Shown here piece by piece: positions 1 to 12,580 of a stretch of 64,000 bases of DNA. Both the position numbers and the translations under genes were made by a program. Each line of letters opens with the position of its first letter. The first letter of the stretch is position 1. This DNA comes from Octopus vulgaris (lineage: Eukaryota). Below the pieces are notes generated by a model. That model saw only the letters and a program-made list of their open reading frames with translations, was not told where the DNA came from and did not search any database. Where the stretch lies: the NCBI GenBank assembly GCA_951406725.2, contig OX597819.1, positions 84,072,001-84,136,000 of the forward strand, in the 5' to 3' direction.

Positions 1-108
1 GCTAGCTACAGCTATTATTTGATAGTGACGTTATTCCAAATAGCAAAGATATATTCACTGAATGATCAAATGGAGATCCGATGGGCAACCAGATATGACT
101 TCATTAGT
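1..108 (+). CDS. Possible internal exon of an unidentified gene, truncated by the window start (ASYSYYLIVTLFQIAKIYSLNDQMEIRWATRYDFIS)
   Basis: Frame 1 is open for 36 codons and ends at AGT|gtaaga, a donor-like site. No recognisable homology, and no downstream exon could be resolved. Confidence 0.3.
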
Positions 109-444
109 GTAAGAAACTTGTGCACACATCTGTGTTATTCAACTATATATGTAATGTGTGCTACATGTTTTATTATCTTACTTTTCTGATTTGAAATTTA
201 ATATATTTCTAGAAAAATGAAATTTTATTGCAGATGCATATATATAAATTAAAGTAGTCAAATTAATTTGATTTTCACTAAGTAATAATAAAATAATGAT
301 TTGAGAGGGGGCAGTATTATACATTATTTAAATTGTACTGGGGGGTTGGGACCAGGTTATTTTAGTTTTTTTCTATATTCAAAATTGTTTGGATAATGTT
401 ATATGTATCTGTAATATATATATATATATATGTGTGTATATATC

Positions 445-570
445 AATTTAATGTACAAGTGGAAGAGCTACTAATAGTTTTATAATACTGTAACTAGGCA
501 TATTATATAAATATGCCGAGTATCATAAAAGCATGAAACTATTAGTAGTCTTCCACTTGTGTATTAAATT
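445..570. repeat. Imperfect hairpin between (TA)n tracts; probable PLE inverted pseudo-LTR remnant
   Basis: aatttaatgtacaagtggaaga...ctaatagttt pairs with aaactattag...tcttccacttgtgtattaaatt. The right arm carries GAAA-CTA-T-TAG-TA, which resembles the 3' half of a hammerhead. Confidence 0.6.
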
Positions 571-1322
571 AATAATTTATCTCACTGAAAGGAGTACTTT
601 CTTTGAGTCTACCTATATTGGATATATATATATATATATATATATATAGATCAGATGATCATGGTTGGAATGTCTTGATCAAGGCTGGTCTGAGTCTAAA
701 CAACTGATGTACTCATTTACTGGTTGCTTTGTAACTAACTAATCAGAATATATTTTTCAAAATTTAAATCCTTTCATTACATTCTACTATTTACTCTATT
801 GACTTTCCAGAACATAGATTAAATTTAGGAAAGATAATTGAAGTAAAAAAATTATATTAATACCAAATTATTAGGTTATATACTAAAATTTTCCACAACT
901 GTTAATTTCTAATAATATTATCTAGCTTCAGATTTATTTAACTCTTCAATGCTGTAGGATATTTTCTTTCTTTTAATATGTGTACATTTTCCTCTTTGAT
1001 GTTTTTACCTTTTTAAAAAATCAATTGTCAAAAAGTCTTCCGATTCAATAGTCTGGAGACATTGAAATGTAGGCAAATGATATCCATGCCCCATCCCACA
1101 TTAAAAAAAAAAATCTTTTTTTTTTTGTGTGTATGTGTGAGTGTGTTTGTAAACCTAAGAAGCTATTTTAAGTACTTTTCTCATCAAATTGGGCTATTAG
1201 TCTTTGAACATTTGCTATGTAGCTTCTTAAAATTCCAGCATCAGGATAAACTTCCATTACATTTTTATATCTGTTTTATATTTTTCTCAATATATATATT
1301 TGTTTTATTTAATGTCTGTTAC

Positions 1323-1389
<67 letters not shown>

Positions 1390-2560
1390 TAATTTATTAT
1401 GTTAATATTTATATTGTAGGTCAAAAGATTCAACCCTCCCACTTTTTTTTTTTTTTTTTTTAGATCTGCATCCCCCACAATTTTTTTTGTCCATCCCGTT
1501 TTCTGTGAATGAATGTCAGGTAGAAACAAATCCCTTTTGGGATGAAATACTTTCAATGTATGTATAATACATATGAGGCGTGTGAGAGAAGAAGGATTTG
1601 TCATTATACTAATCAATTATTGTTGAGATTCAGTTGTGCTCTGGTATATTTTGCCTTGATTCTTAACAGGGCATGGTGATAAGGAGAATGACAACAATAT
1701 CTGTATATAGTGGTTGTGTATGCTGTACAAAATTCATTGAAAAAAATCATTGTAAATAAGTTTATTTTGTTACAATAATTATATATATTATACATATAAA
1801 TATATGATATTTAATCAAGAAAATGTGTATGTAGGCACTTAACCCAATACAATGGCAACATTTCCTTGCCTAAACTTGTACATTTCTCATATTTCTGTCC
1901 TCTATTCTAGACTAACTTGCATATTGCATAATATTATGCTTCTCTCTAGTAATCTTACTTTTCAATCTCTGTTACACTGTATATTTTTTATGAAACAAGT
2001 GCAAGAGAAATCTTTCTGAAAACTATATGACCATCTTACTATTTTTTTACAAGCATATTTCAGAAAGGAAATAAACAAGGCACCTGAACTGCATATGCTC
2101 TACTACACACACACATACACACACACTTCAAAATTTTTTTTCTTCTAAACAACAATCACATACCTTCCATAATTTTTTTTCCTACTTCAACTTCTTTCCT
2201 TTGTCTACTTAAACTGCTTTTTATCAATAAAAATTATTCTTTCACTGACATTTTTTCAAATTGGATCCTCAACTCGACATTAGTAAAAAGTTAATAACAT
2301 TATATATATATATAAGAAACACAAGTTAAGGCTATTAAGAATTTAACATTGATCATATTTTGTTTTAAGTTTCCTCGTTCTATATGAAATGTCATTTCTT
2401 CATTGGAGAATTGTTTTACAAAAACAGAAAATATATAAATAAAATAAATTTAAAACTAATCATTTGTTCTCAACTTTCGTTAGTTTGTGATTGAAATGTT
2501 ATTAAAACTGTTTATTGCTTCATTGTGAAAATATAAGGGGGTGAAAAAAGAAACTGTTTT

Positions 2561-2812
2561 ACTGGCTTCTGTGCCGGTGGCACGTAAAAAGCACCAACCG
2601 ATCGTGGCCGCTGCCAGACTCCCCTGGCACCTGTGCCGGTGGCACGTAAAAAGCACCCACTACACTCACAGTGGTTTGCGTTAGGAAGGGCATCCAGCTG
2701 TAGAAACACTGCCAGATCAGACTGGGGCCTGGTGCAGCCTCCTGGCTTCCCAGACCCCGGTCGAACCGCCCAACCCGTGCTGGCACGGAAAACGGACGTT
2801 AAACGATGATGA
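2561..2812 (+). mobile_element. 3' part of a SINE with an RTE-like (GAT)n tail (family D)
   Basis: Duplicated tgtgccggtggcacgtaaaaagcacc, then ttaggaagggcatccagctgtagaaac, ending ggacgttaaacgatgatgat. Related copies at ~7500-7725 (+), ~44890-45085 (-) and ~53440-53580 (-). Confidence 0.7.
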
Positions 2813-3719
2813 TTTTATTTTTCTTATACTGAAATATTTTTGAAGGGAGTTTCAGGCAGCAGAATGGGGCATATGCTCCATTCTGCTTCCTGAAACTCGT
2901 TTGTTTAAACTGCAAGCAATGGATTGGCGACTAAATTATACTCTGTAAAAACTCTTTGTATGAGTTTGCAACGTTTAGTTACTCTTCAAGTGGCTGCACC
3001 TGAGACATGATTCACCATGTTATGCCCTGATATTGTCTGATGAACCTACTCTACACTTAGCAGCAACAATAGAGACAAGTAGTGAGTTCATAAATCTCTT
3101 CTTTGGAACAATACCCCGTTGGGAAAATCCAGCAACTGCTGTTCTACGTTTACATTGCTCAGTTCCAATTGGTCTTTGTTGTAAAACGCATATCCATCTT
3201 TTCACCATTTGTTTGTATCTCGTATATCTTAATTATTGTATGGGAACTTGAATCTCCAACTGTTTTTCTTACTAAATTTCTTACTCTTTGGACATAAACT
3301 AGTTGTTAGAATATCAGACATCTGGCTAACACCTTGGCTCAAGTCTTTTGACTCTGAAGTCTCTCCCAACTTTGCTGCAAACAGTTAACAACACCCGAGC
3401 ACAATTGAGCATTTTCTTATTTTGCATCTATTTGTTCATTGCTTGTAGTGTGATGGACTCTACTACACTACGACGTGGAGATAATGTATTCAATACTACA
3501 CCAATATAAATTCTGAAACAAACTCCTAAAAAAAAAAAAGGTGTTAAGGAATGGAGTTTTCCTAAATTTTGCATATGTTCTACTCTTGCTTGTATCTGTT
3601 ATGTCAAGCGCTTCTATATTCAGAATGTGTAAACAACAAAAAATAAATAAAATACAATCCATGCTCTTAGGTTGAAGTCTCATGCAGTAATAGGTTTACT
3701 AAGCTTCTATATGAGTACA

Positions 3720-5128
3720 CTAGCAGAGATACCCGGCGTTGCTCGGGAGTAAAATGGCATAGTTTGTGTGTGTGTATGTATATAATTAGTTACAGGTGAT
3801 ACGGAAAATTGCAGCGTTGACAACACTTGTGGAGTAAATGATGGGCTAATTCAACTAAGCGACATGCGTCCGTTAGGAGTATTTTAAGCCCTAATCTGTT
3901 ATGGAAAATTGGGGATGGGGGGGTAATTGATTTATGAAAGCACCAAAAAGCTGTCAGTGGATATACTCCTTTGCGGCAGTCGGCGTTGCGTCTAACACAA
4001 CCCATCGTCTGAAGTTTTGACACCTTCGGGTTTTTTGTACATCACTCATAAAGTAAATTTGGAGGAACTATGGTTGTTCACTTGTGGGTAACAGGGAACC
4101 AATGAGGTGATAAACTTGAACGTCGGCGTAAATCCATGTTCAACTATCTTTTTAGACGCACCAAACGAAATCATTTAAAATGCAGAGTTGTATGATATTG
4201 TTCAGAAAATCCTTTGACTGGATGAAAGTGCTTTCCAGAGGATCCATAAGAAGTTGAGAAGCTGATGGTGCTGGCAATCTTACCTTACCGCCTGAGCAGC
4301 ACATGCCATTAGTTTCATTTGGAAATTTTAAAGCTTTGCAGAAACGACATTTTGAATTTAGCACACCTATTTGGACAAAATTATCATTTTTATAAGAATG
4401 GGATGAATCATATCTAAAAGCAGCTCCAGGAGTTGTGAAGAACGAATTTGTACGTTGTCTGTTTCTGAGACCTATTCAATTGGACCTGATCCGGCATTAA
4501 CTGCTGTAGCATGCATTTGCTGATCTTGGGAAAGTCTCGTCTCCCATCTCTCTTGAGACTCCGTCTGACGTACTGCAACATACCTTTGCTGAAATTGGGA
4601 AACTCTCATTTCCCTTCTCTTTTGAGACTCCATATGATGTGCTGCAGCACGCCTTTCCTGATACTGAGAAAGTCTCATCTCCCTTCTGTCTTGAAAAAAG
4701 TTTCATCTCACTTCTGTCTTGAGACTCCATTTGACGTGCTGCAGTATGCGTTTGCTGATCTTGAGAAAGTGTCATTTCTCTTCTCTTTTGAGACTCTGTC
4801 ACATCACTCCACTGTGGTGTCCGTAAAGACGGAAAGTTGCCGATGCATAATGTTGTTCACATTAGGATGTAAATTATTCATTCATTTCAAATATAACAGA
4901 AAGAAGATGATCTTAGTGTTATCACATTACACTTAAAAGTGAAAGAATGAAAGAGAAACAATATTATAGCCTTATCACATTACAATATCGATGTTATTCT
5001 TTCACTTTAGAAATTTTACAAAGTTATAGTCTGATGCTATTACCTTGTAAAATTTGATTTGATTTGGTCGAGCCGTTTGAGAATGCATATACTACAAACA
5101 GACAGACAAAGAATTTTATATATATAGA
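3720..5128 (-). mobile_element. Internally deleted, decayed Helitron retaining the N-terminal part of the Rep/helicase ORF
   Basis: Minus-strand 5' TC at 5128 and 3' hairpin (cccgagcaacgccggg) plus CTAG|T at 3720. Translated fragments CRFCKALKFPNETNGMCCSGGKVRLP, SKDFLNNI and GFTPTFK..YHLIGSLLP..EQP*FLQIYFM match the Helitron N-terminal Zn-finger/Helitron_like_N region. Frameshifts and stops are present. Confidence 0.85.
4500..4810 (-). repeat. 69-bp (23-aa) tandem coding repeat within the Helitron ORF
   Basis: gagact motif at 4555, 4624, 4721 and 4790. Translation repeats ESQ(K/E)RRE(M/T)RLSQDQQ..AA.RQ. Confidence 0.75.
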
Positions 5129-5175
5129 CTAGCAGAGATAGCCGGAGTTGCTCGGGATTAAAATAGCATAGTTTT
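5129..5175 (-). mobile_element. Second Helitron 3' terminus joined directly to the 5' TC of the 3720-5128 copy
   Basis: ctagcagagatagccggagttgctcgggattaaaatagcatagttt is near-identical to 3720-3765. Confidence 0.75.
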
Positions 5176-5467
5176 TTTGTTGTTTTACTTGTTTCAGTCA
5201 TGTAACTGCGGCCGTGCTGGAGCACCGCCTATAGTCGGTTGTGAAGCGATAGTGGAAGTATAAACACAGACACACACAAATATACACATATACGACAGTC
5301 TTCTTTCAGTTTACGTGTACGAAATCCACTCACAAGGCTTTAGTCGGCCAAGGGCTATAGTATATACACAAACACATATACATACACACACACACATACA
5401 TACATATATGTATGTATAAAAAATATATATAAAAATACAAAATGGGACAAGAACGCAAAACATTCAA

Positions 5468-5521
<54 letters not shown>

Positions 5522-5601
5522 CATATGTAGATATGTATATACGTATATAGACATATATATGTATATACATATATAGACATATATATATATGTACATGTAT
5601 A

Positions 5602-5964
5602 TCTCTCTCTATATAAACGGCAGTTTGTCTGTGCGTGTTTCTGTGTGTCTGTTTGCTTGTACCTTCACCCTGACCACGGCTTTCAACCGATTCTGATGAA
5701 ACTTGACACACAAATAGACCAATGTCATAATTCAAAACTAACGCAGCGAAAATTTTGAAAAGTTCCCCCAGTTCTGAAAAAAATCGATAAATTCGACATG
5801 GGGTCAAAAATCAGAAACACAAACTGCAAACTGTCTAGGGGACGCAACTCCACCTTTTTACCATCATTTTTTTCCATTTTTTTGCTATTTTTTGGCTATA
5901 ACTCTAAAAATGCTTTATAGTTATTTCCCTTACAAACCTGAGCAACGCCAGGCGATACTGCTAG
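5602..5964 (+). mobile_element. Non-autonomous Helitron in an (AT)n tract
   Basis: A|TC start, subterminal hairpin cctgagcaacgccagg and CTAG|T end. Shares its 3' region with 33332-33727. Confidence 0.75.
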
Positions 5965-5998
<34 letters not shown>

Positions 5999-6075
5999 TT
6001 CACACACACATATATATACATAAATATATATATACATACACACACACATATATATATATATATATATGCACACAC

Positions 6076-6116
<41 letters not shown>

Positions 6117-6156
6117 TGCACATATATATGTATATATATATATATTTATATATATA

Positions 6157-6537
6157 CTCTTTTACTTGTTTCAGTCATTTGACTGCGGCCATGCTGGAGC
6201 ACCGCCTTTAGTCCAGCAACTCGACCCCGGGACTTATTCTTTGTAAGCCCAGTACTTATTCTATCGGTTCCCTTTTGCCGAACCGCTAAGTGACGGGGAC
6301 ATAAACACACCAGCATCGGTTGTCAAGCAATGCTAGGGGGACAAACACAGACACACAAACACGCACACATACATATATATATACATATATACGACGGGCT
6401 TCTTTCAGTTTCCGTCTATCAAATCCACTCACAAGGCTTTGGTCGGCCCGAGGCTATAGTAGAAGACACTTGCCCAAGGTGCCACGCAGTGAGACTGAAC
6501 CCGGAACCATGTGGCTGGTAAGCAAGATACTTACCAT
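6157..6537 (-). mobile_element. tRNA-derived SINE, family A (most abundant in the window)
   Basis: Minus strand reads B-box-like gggttcagtc, then gcaccttgggcaagtgtcttctactatagcc, an internal (TG/TA)n tract and tail gcagtcaaatgactgaaacaagtaaaagag. More than 15 full or partial copies are in the window. Confidence 0.85.
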
Positions 6538-6552
6538 ACATACATACATACG

Positions 6553-6602
<50 letters not shown>

Positions 6603-6642
6603 TAAATATATATGCATAAATATATATATATATATATATGTA

Positions 6643-6997
6643 GTGGAGGCGCAATGGCCCAGTGGTTAGGGCAGCGGACTCGCGGTCATAGGATCGCGGT
6701 TTCGATTCCCAGACCGGGCGTTGTGAGTGTTTATTGAGCGAAAACACCTAAAGCTCCACGAGGCTCCGGCAGGGACGATGGTGATCCCTGCTGTATTCTT
6801 TCACCACAACTTTCTCTCACTCTTACTTCCTGTTTCTGTTGTACCTGTATTTCAAAGGGCCATCCCCGAGAACTACGTTAAGGGTGCACGTGTCTGTGGA
6901 GTGCTCAGCCACTTACACGTTAATTTCACGAGCAGGCTGTTCCGTTGATTCGGATCACCGGAACCCTCGTCGTCGTAACCGACGGAGTGCTTCCATT
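6643..6997 (+). mobile_element. tRNA-derived SINE, family B
   Basis: Head ggaggcgcaatggcccagtggttagggcagcggactcgcggtc...ggtttcgattccc with A and B boxes. Same head at 42568, 54775-55078 (-) and 58302. Confidence 0.8.
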
Positions 6998-7786
6998 CCA
7001 TATATATATGCATATGTTTATATATTTTTATACACAGTGAAACTATTTATAACTGTTACTCCGTGGAAGATATCACATTTATTATTCGAGTTTTGAGACG
7101 TAGTACGGAACCAGTGCCAATGTTGCATTGTTTTAATCCAAAAAATTACATGTTGACACTCAAGGGGTCTCATAGTATTACCATGTAAAATTTGATTTGA
7201 TTTGGTTGAGCCGTTTGGGAATGCATTGGGAACAGACAGAGATACAAAAGGTTTATATATATAAATATAGATTAGATATGTATGAGATACCAGTGATCCA
7301 AGCAATATCTACCGTAATAACACATCATATACCATTAAAGTATGCCCTGATATATCGCTACTGTCTCCCCCACCCCACTCTTTCTCTCTCCTGATTTAGG
7401 CAACGATGTAGCTCTTCTACAGCAAGACTACTGTTTCTATCCCTCTATCATAATTTAACTCATCTGGCACAAAGTCCTTCACTCAATACCACTCGTTCTC
7501 TCAGTTGAGTGATCTTAGCTTTGTAAGTTACTTGGTGATATTTACCAGTGCTAGTGCCGCTCAAAAAGTACCTCGTGCACTATAGAATGATTGGCGATAG
7601 GAACGGCATCCAGTCGTAGAAAATATACTAAAATATACAGCAGCGCTTGGCGAATTCCTCCTTTGCTAGCTCCTGTCAAATCAACCAACCCATGCCAGCA
7701 TGGAAGACGGATATTAAATGATGACATTTATCGTCTACATAAATTAGAAACTTTTGTATGAGCAGCATGTCCACAGTCTAATGATT

Positions 7787-8469
7787 GAAATTTTGACCAA
7801 AATATTGAAAGTAAACCGTGTTAAGCGTGAGAAATTACTCCAGTATACAAAGTTTCAAACTGTTTATTTAAAAATCTGTGAGCGAAATTGAACAGATCCT
7901 CATCCTGCAGTATAAAGTTCTTATAGTGGAGGTAAATCGCACGCTAAAGTGTAAAAGACTAAGAAAAGGTAGACCGTACGCTAAAAGTAATTTCGCAATG
8001 TAGACAAGATACTGCAGTAGACCGCTCGCCTCTAGAAATGCCAGGAGTTCATAAGTTGACAGAAAAACCAAAGACAGATTGAATACCTTACATACAGCAT
8101 CTGGCATTGTTTCTCTGCATTATTATCCTGCCAGTGTTAACAAATAAGATTTAATTACTTAGTAAATTTTACATTCTGGCAAAGAAAATAACAATTTTTG
8201 GTGCTACTTTAGCATGCGGTCTACTGCAGTATCTTGTCTACACTGCGAAATTACTTTTAGCGTACGGTCTACCTTTTCTTAGTCTTTTACACTTTAGCGT
8301 GCGATCTACCTCCACTATAAGAACTTTATACTGCAGGATGAGGATCTGTTCAGTTTCGCTCACAGATTTTTAAATAATTTTTTTTTAACAAAACAGTTTG
8401 AAACTTTGTATACTGGAGTAATTTCTCACGCTTAACACGGTTTACTTTCAATATTTTGGTCAAAATTTC
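7787..8469. repeat. Long inverted repeat (arms ~7787-8025 and ~8216-8469) containing GGATC-family termini
   Basis: The arms are near-perfect reverse complements apart from one short indel, with a ~190-bp spacer. Each arm contains ggatctgttca(g/a)tttcgctcacagatttt. Confidence 0.85.
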
Positions 8470-8483
8470 GTATTTTAGAAGTA

Positions 8484-8987
8484 ATTTCGTATTAAAGTTG
8501 TAGTATTTGGGTAATTTTAACCAATCAGCGACGTGTATTCAGCTGAAGAAAGCTACTGCTGTTTGCGAAATAATCGAAGAGGAACAACTTCTAGGTCATC
8601 TCTACTAAATGTCATTAGAGAGGGAAAGAGTAAGGAATGCACGGTGCTGACTAGAAAGGAAGAAACGATAAAGGTGGCATCGTCTTTCTTGCGGCCGAAA
8701 GCTTCTCTTTTGTGTCAGCTATGACCAAGAAGCAACACTTTCCCTTCGCCCTTCGCTCGACAAACGAATAGAACAGAGCGATGACATTTAGTAGAGATGA
8801 CCCGGAAGTTGTTCCTCTTCGATTACAATCGCAAACAGCAGTAGCTTTCTTCAGCTGAATACACGTCGTTATTTCGTGTTAAAGTTGTCGTATTTGGGTA
8901 ATTTTAACCCATCAACGACGTGTATTCAGTTGAAGAAAGCGACTGCTGTTTGCGATAGTAATCGAAGAGGAGCAACTTCTGGGTCAT
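8484..8987. repeat. Second fold-back (8529-8615 vs 8781-8868) plus a direct repeat (8484-8598 vs 8871-8987)
   Basis: cgacgtgtattcagctgaagaaagctactgctgtttgcga...gaagaggaacaacttc occurs in +, - and + orientation. Confidence 0.8.
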
Positions 8988-11050
8988 GCTCAGCGTACGG
9001 ATTGTGTAGCAGCCTTCTGAAGCACTTATGTTCAAATGCCTGGATTCTTCGCTCCATGTCAGCTGTAAGAAACCAGCTCTAACACCCACACAGAAGGATC
9101 GAAGTCAGCACGGACTTGTTCTTTCTGAGTCTTGTTGGAAAATTTAATGGAATTGATTTTCCATATGGTATCCAGCTTCGTCATGGCAGCAGATGCTAAA
9201 CTGAGTCTTGTTTCTTTTGAGATCTGCCGTCCTTAGTCGAAGTGGATCCTAAGTGCTTGAAGGTGTCCATTTCGGCAAGTCTTCCTCAATTCACCATAAT
9301 GTTGGTTGCTATGTTTTGGCTGTTACTATTTACCAGGATATTGCTGATCTGGGCTGAACCACATTCTGTATGCTCATGATACTTTTTCCAGTCTAGTGGT
9401 GAGCTCTTGTAGTTCTGTTTCACTGCTTCCTAACAAGTCAATATCATCAACAAAGCACAGTTTGGAAATGGGCCGTCGTTCAGTGGAACCAGAAAGGTAG
9501 TTTTGAAGTGTCTCCTGCATGAGGTTCTCCAGGAAGATGAGGTTCTCCAAGAAGCAATAGAGAGAGAGAGAGAGAAGAGACTTCCTTGTCGAACACCTAC
9601 AATTGTCCTGAAGAATTCTTCGTTGCTGTTGTTCAGGAGAACTGCATTGCTTGAGTTTTTATAGTGCTTCGATGAGATTGTTGTCGAAGTTGTAATTCTT
9701 CATCAACTGCCATAACCCATCGTGCTAAACACGATCAAAGGCCTTTTTGAAGTCGTCGAATTTGTGATAGAGATCAGAATGGTGTTGTAAATTTTTCTCG
9801 GTGAGCAGTCTAATGTTAAATATCTGCTACACATTATTCCTTTTGAGCCTAAATCCTGCTCGTTCTTCTGTAAGGATTTCTTCTACTTTCCTTTTAAGTC
9901 TGTTTTGCAGAACTCTCAGCAAAACTTTGCTGGGGTGACTAATTTAGGCTGATTTTTCTATAATTCTGGCAGTCTTAAGTTGCCTTTCTTACGAATGGGT
10001 TTCATCAGTGACTGAGTTCACTCCTTTGGCCACCTTTTCGTCTCACATATCTTCTGACAGGTAAATATCAATGCCTTGATAATTTTTGGCCCTTCATGTT
10101 TTAGATCTAATGGGATGTTATCTACTCTTGGGGATTTTCCATCTCTGAGCATGCACACTGCCTCTTCGATTTCCTCCTGGAGAATTGGCGTATCCCCAAA
10201 TTCTCTGTGTTGTTGTCGTTGGAATTGTCTAGGATGTTGCTGTCATGCTTGTGCTTGTGATTGTAAAGGTTTTTGTAATACTCAGACCATTTTTGATGAC
10301 ATCATTCTCATACATGAGGAGCAAGCCTGTTTTGCCCTCAGTGATAGCGGTGGTGTATATCTTTGTTTTCGTTAGAATTTTCATAGTTTCATAAGCAACC
10401 ATTAGCCTGGCCCATTAGCCTGGTCTTCCTCACGCCTCGCTTTAACTCACATAAATCCAAGACATCATCAACGACCCATGGTTTCTTTTTCCTTCTCCTC
10501 TCCAGCACTTCTAGAATCATTTCCTGAAGCGCTTCCTTGATATTAGCCTTTATATAATCTTCCAGAAGGTTAAGCGCTGCAAACTTGCCACCACTTCCGC
10601 CTCAAATACCGCTGCAACTCTGGGATCTTTAAGTTTGTCTACATCAAAGCTAATACGTGTGGATATTTTCTTACGGTTTCTTTTCAGTTTGAACCTCGTT
10701 GTCATCATGACCAAATCATGATCACTGTTGACATCCGTACCAGGGAATTGTTGATGCTGTACACGAACTTCTGAGTTGCGAGGACGAAGTCAATTTGGCT
10801 ATGAGTGCTGTCGCTACGGGGCATACCATGCTATTCAGCGCGAGATCTTGCTAGCAAATTTAAGGAGTCGGAGTCTACGATCGCTGGTTTCTCCAATCCC
10901 AAATTATTCCACTGTCCCATCCGCACCTACTTTGGCGTTCCAGTCTCTTAGGTCGATGAGGACATCTTTTTTAGGAGCTGCCCTAGTGATTTTCTCCAGG
11001 TCTTCATAACATACCTCAACATCATCATCATATTCAAGCGTTGGCCCCTC
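8988..11050 (-). mobile_element. Decayed RTE-clade LINE (APE endonuclease + reverse transcriptase)
   Basis: Minus-strand fragments APTLEYDDD, DWNAKVG, SDHDLV, GKSPRVDNIP, CQNYR.ISL.SHPSKV, DFKKAFDRV, GVRQG, FVDDIDL and IQAFEHKCFRRLL. Many stops and frameshifts. Confidence 0.9.
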
Positions 11051-12385
11051 ACTAAATTTAGCCTGCCAGCAGAAGCAGTTACCGGGATGTAGTTGAGAAT
11101 GGTCTCAGAATCAAAAGTGGGAGCCACATGAGAACTTGTGTACCCGTCCATCCTAAAGGATGCTGTTGCTATCGGAAACTAAGGTATTATCTCTTGTATG
11201 TATGTATGTATGTATGTATGTATGTATGTATGTATGTATGTATGTATGTATGTATGTGTGAGTGTGTGTATGTATGTATGTATGTATGTATGTATGTATG
11301 TATGTATGTATGTATGTATGTGTGCATGCATGCACGTGTGTTTCTTTCAGTTTCCGTTCACCAAATCTACTCACAAGAATTTTGTCGGCTCAAGGCTCAA
11401 GAAGACAGTTGTTTAAGGTGCCGTACACTGGGACTGAGCCGAAGTCCATATGATCGGGAAGATATTTGAAAACAACTGCAATGCAGAAATATAAGAAAAG
11501 AAAAAAAAACTGGAAGAAAAAAAGGGGATTAGAGTTTTCTCCCTTAGATTAGAGAGTTTCAAAATGATCGAAAACAAGGTCATTTAGTACAAGGACTGGC
11601 TGACATATGCTGTACTGTGTCTTACAGAAAATTCAGACTTCAAACTGCTGGACGAGTGGTATTGGCTCGTAGTAATATTAAGAGTGCTAAGATTAAATAA
11701 ACAGTTCGGCTAGTGTTGACATATTTAATACAATGAGCGTTAAAAAGCTACGTTAGGAGTGTTCACAAACACTCCTTTACGTTCTAAGTTCAAGTACGGC
11801 CGCGGGTGATTTCTGCTTTTCCTTTTATCAGGACTGACGCATTAAGCATCCGTAATGTATTCAATTCAATCGTCTATACTACATAGCCACAAAAAGGCAA
11901 CCATCCAAAACTTGAAAACTTTGTGTTTAGAAAGCAACAGAACACAAGTTTTGAAATGAGTTAAGAACTTATCCAACAAAAAGCGGCTGTTTGCTGTTTG
12001 TAGTACATTGTCTTAAACCATAGATGCATATGCAAAGTATTTTATGGGGATTCTGTTAGGTATTTTGCCCTTTTAAATTCATTCGTACCAATTGAATCCT
12101 CTTCTTCGCTGACTCGAGCGTCTCCATGTTGACGCAAGTATTGGAGACTTGCTTCATAGAGAAGATTTAGTAGAAATATCAAACACCTGGGTACGTTTCC
12201 GCCAACAGCAACTACGTTTTCGAGAGGGCTACGCTGTTCCACAATGGCCGAAATCAAAGTTATGTAAATCATAAGAATTTATAAACTTTCGAGAGATCGT
12301 GAAATAATTGTTTTGTAACTGTAGTTTCAAGGCTATAAATAATAGCACTGGGTTGAGAAGCCATTTTGGTGAGACGAAGTCGAAG

Positions 12386-12580
<195 letters not shown>

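Noticed and set aside
1419-1570. Acceptor-like sites (1418, 1463) as the next exon of the 1-108 frame
   Set aside because: Each option gives a short low-complexity peptide with no recognisable homology, so I cannot choose between them.
2860-3390. Coding-like minus-strand stretch, considered as an exon or a MULE/SWIM transposase relic
   Set aside because: Stops in all frames, no usable donor, and too weak a motif match to assign.
6320-6619. Recurrent ORFs [30 protein letters not shown] / [17 protein letters not shown]
   Set aside because: Antisense translations of family A SINE copies.
6643-6715. tRNA-like sequence with A and B boxes
   Set aside because: It continues into a SINE body present in multiple copies and lacks a proper acceptor stem and terminator, so it is a SINE head rather than a tRNA gene.
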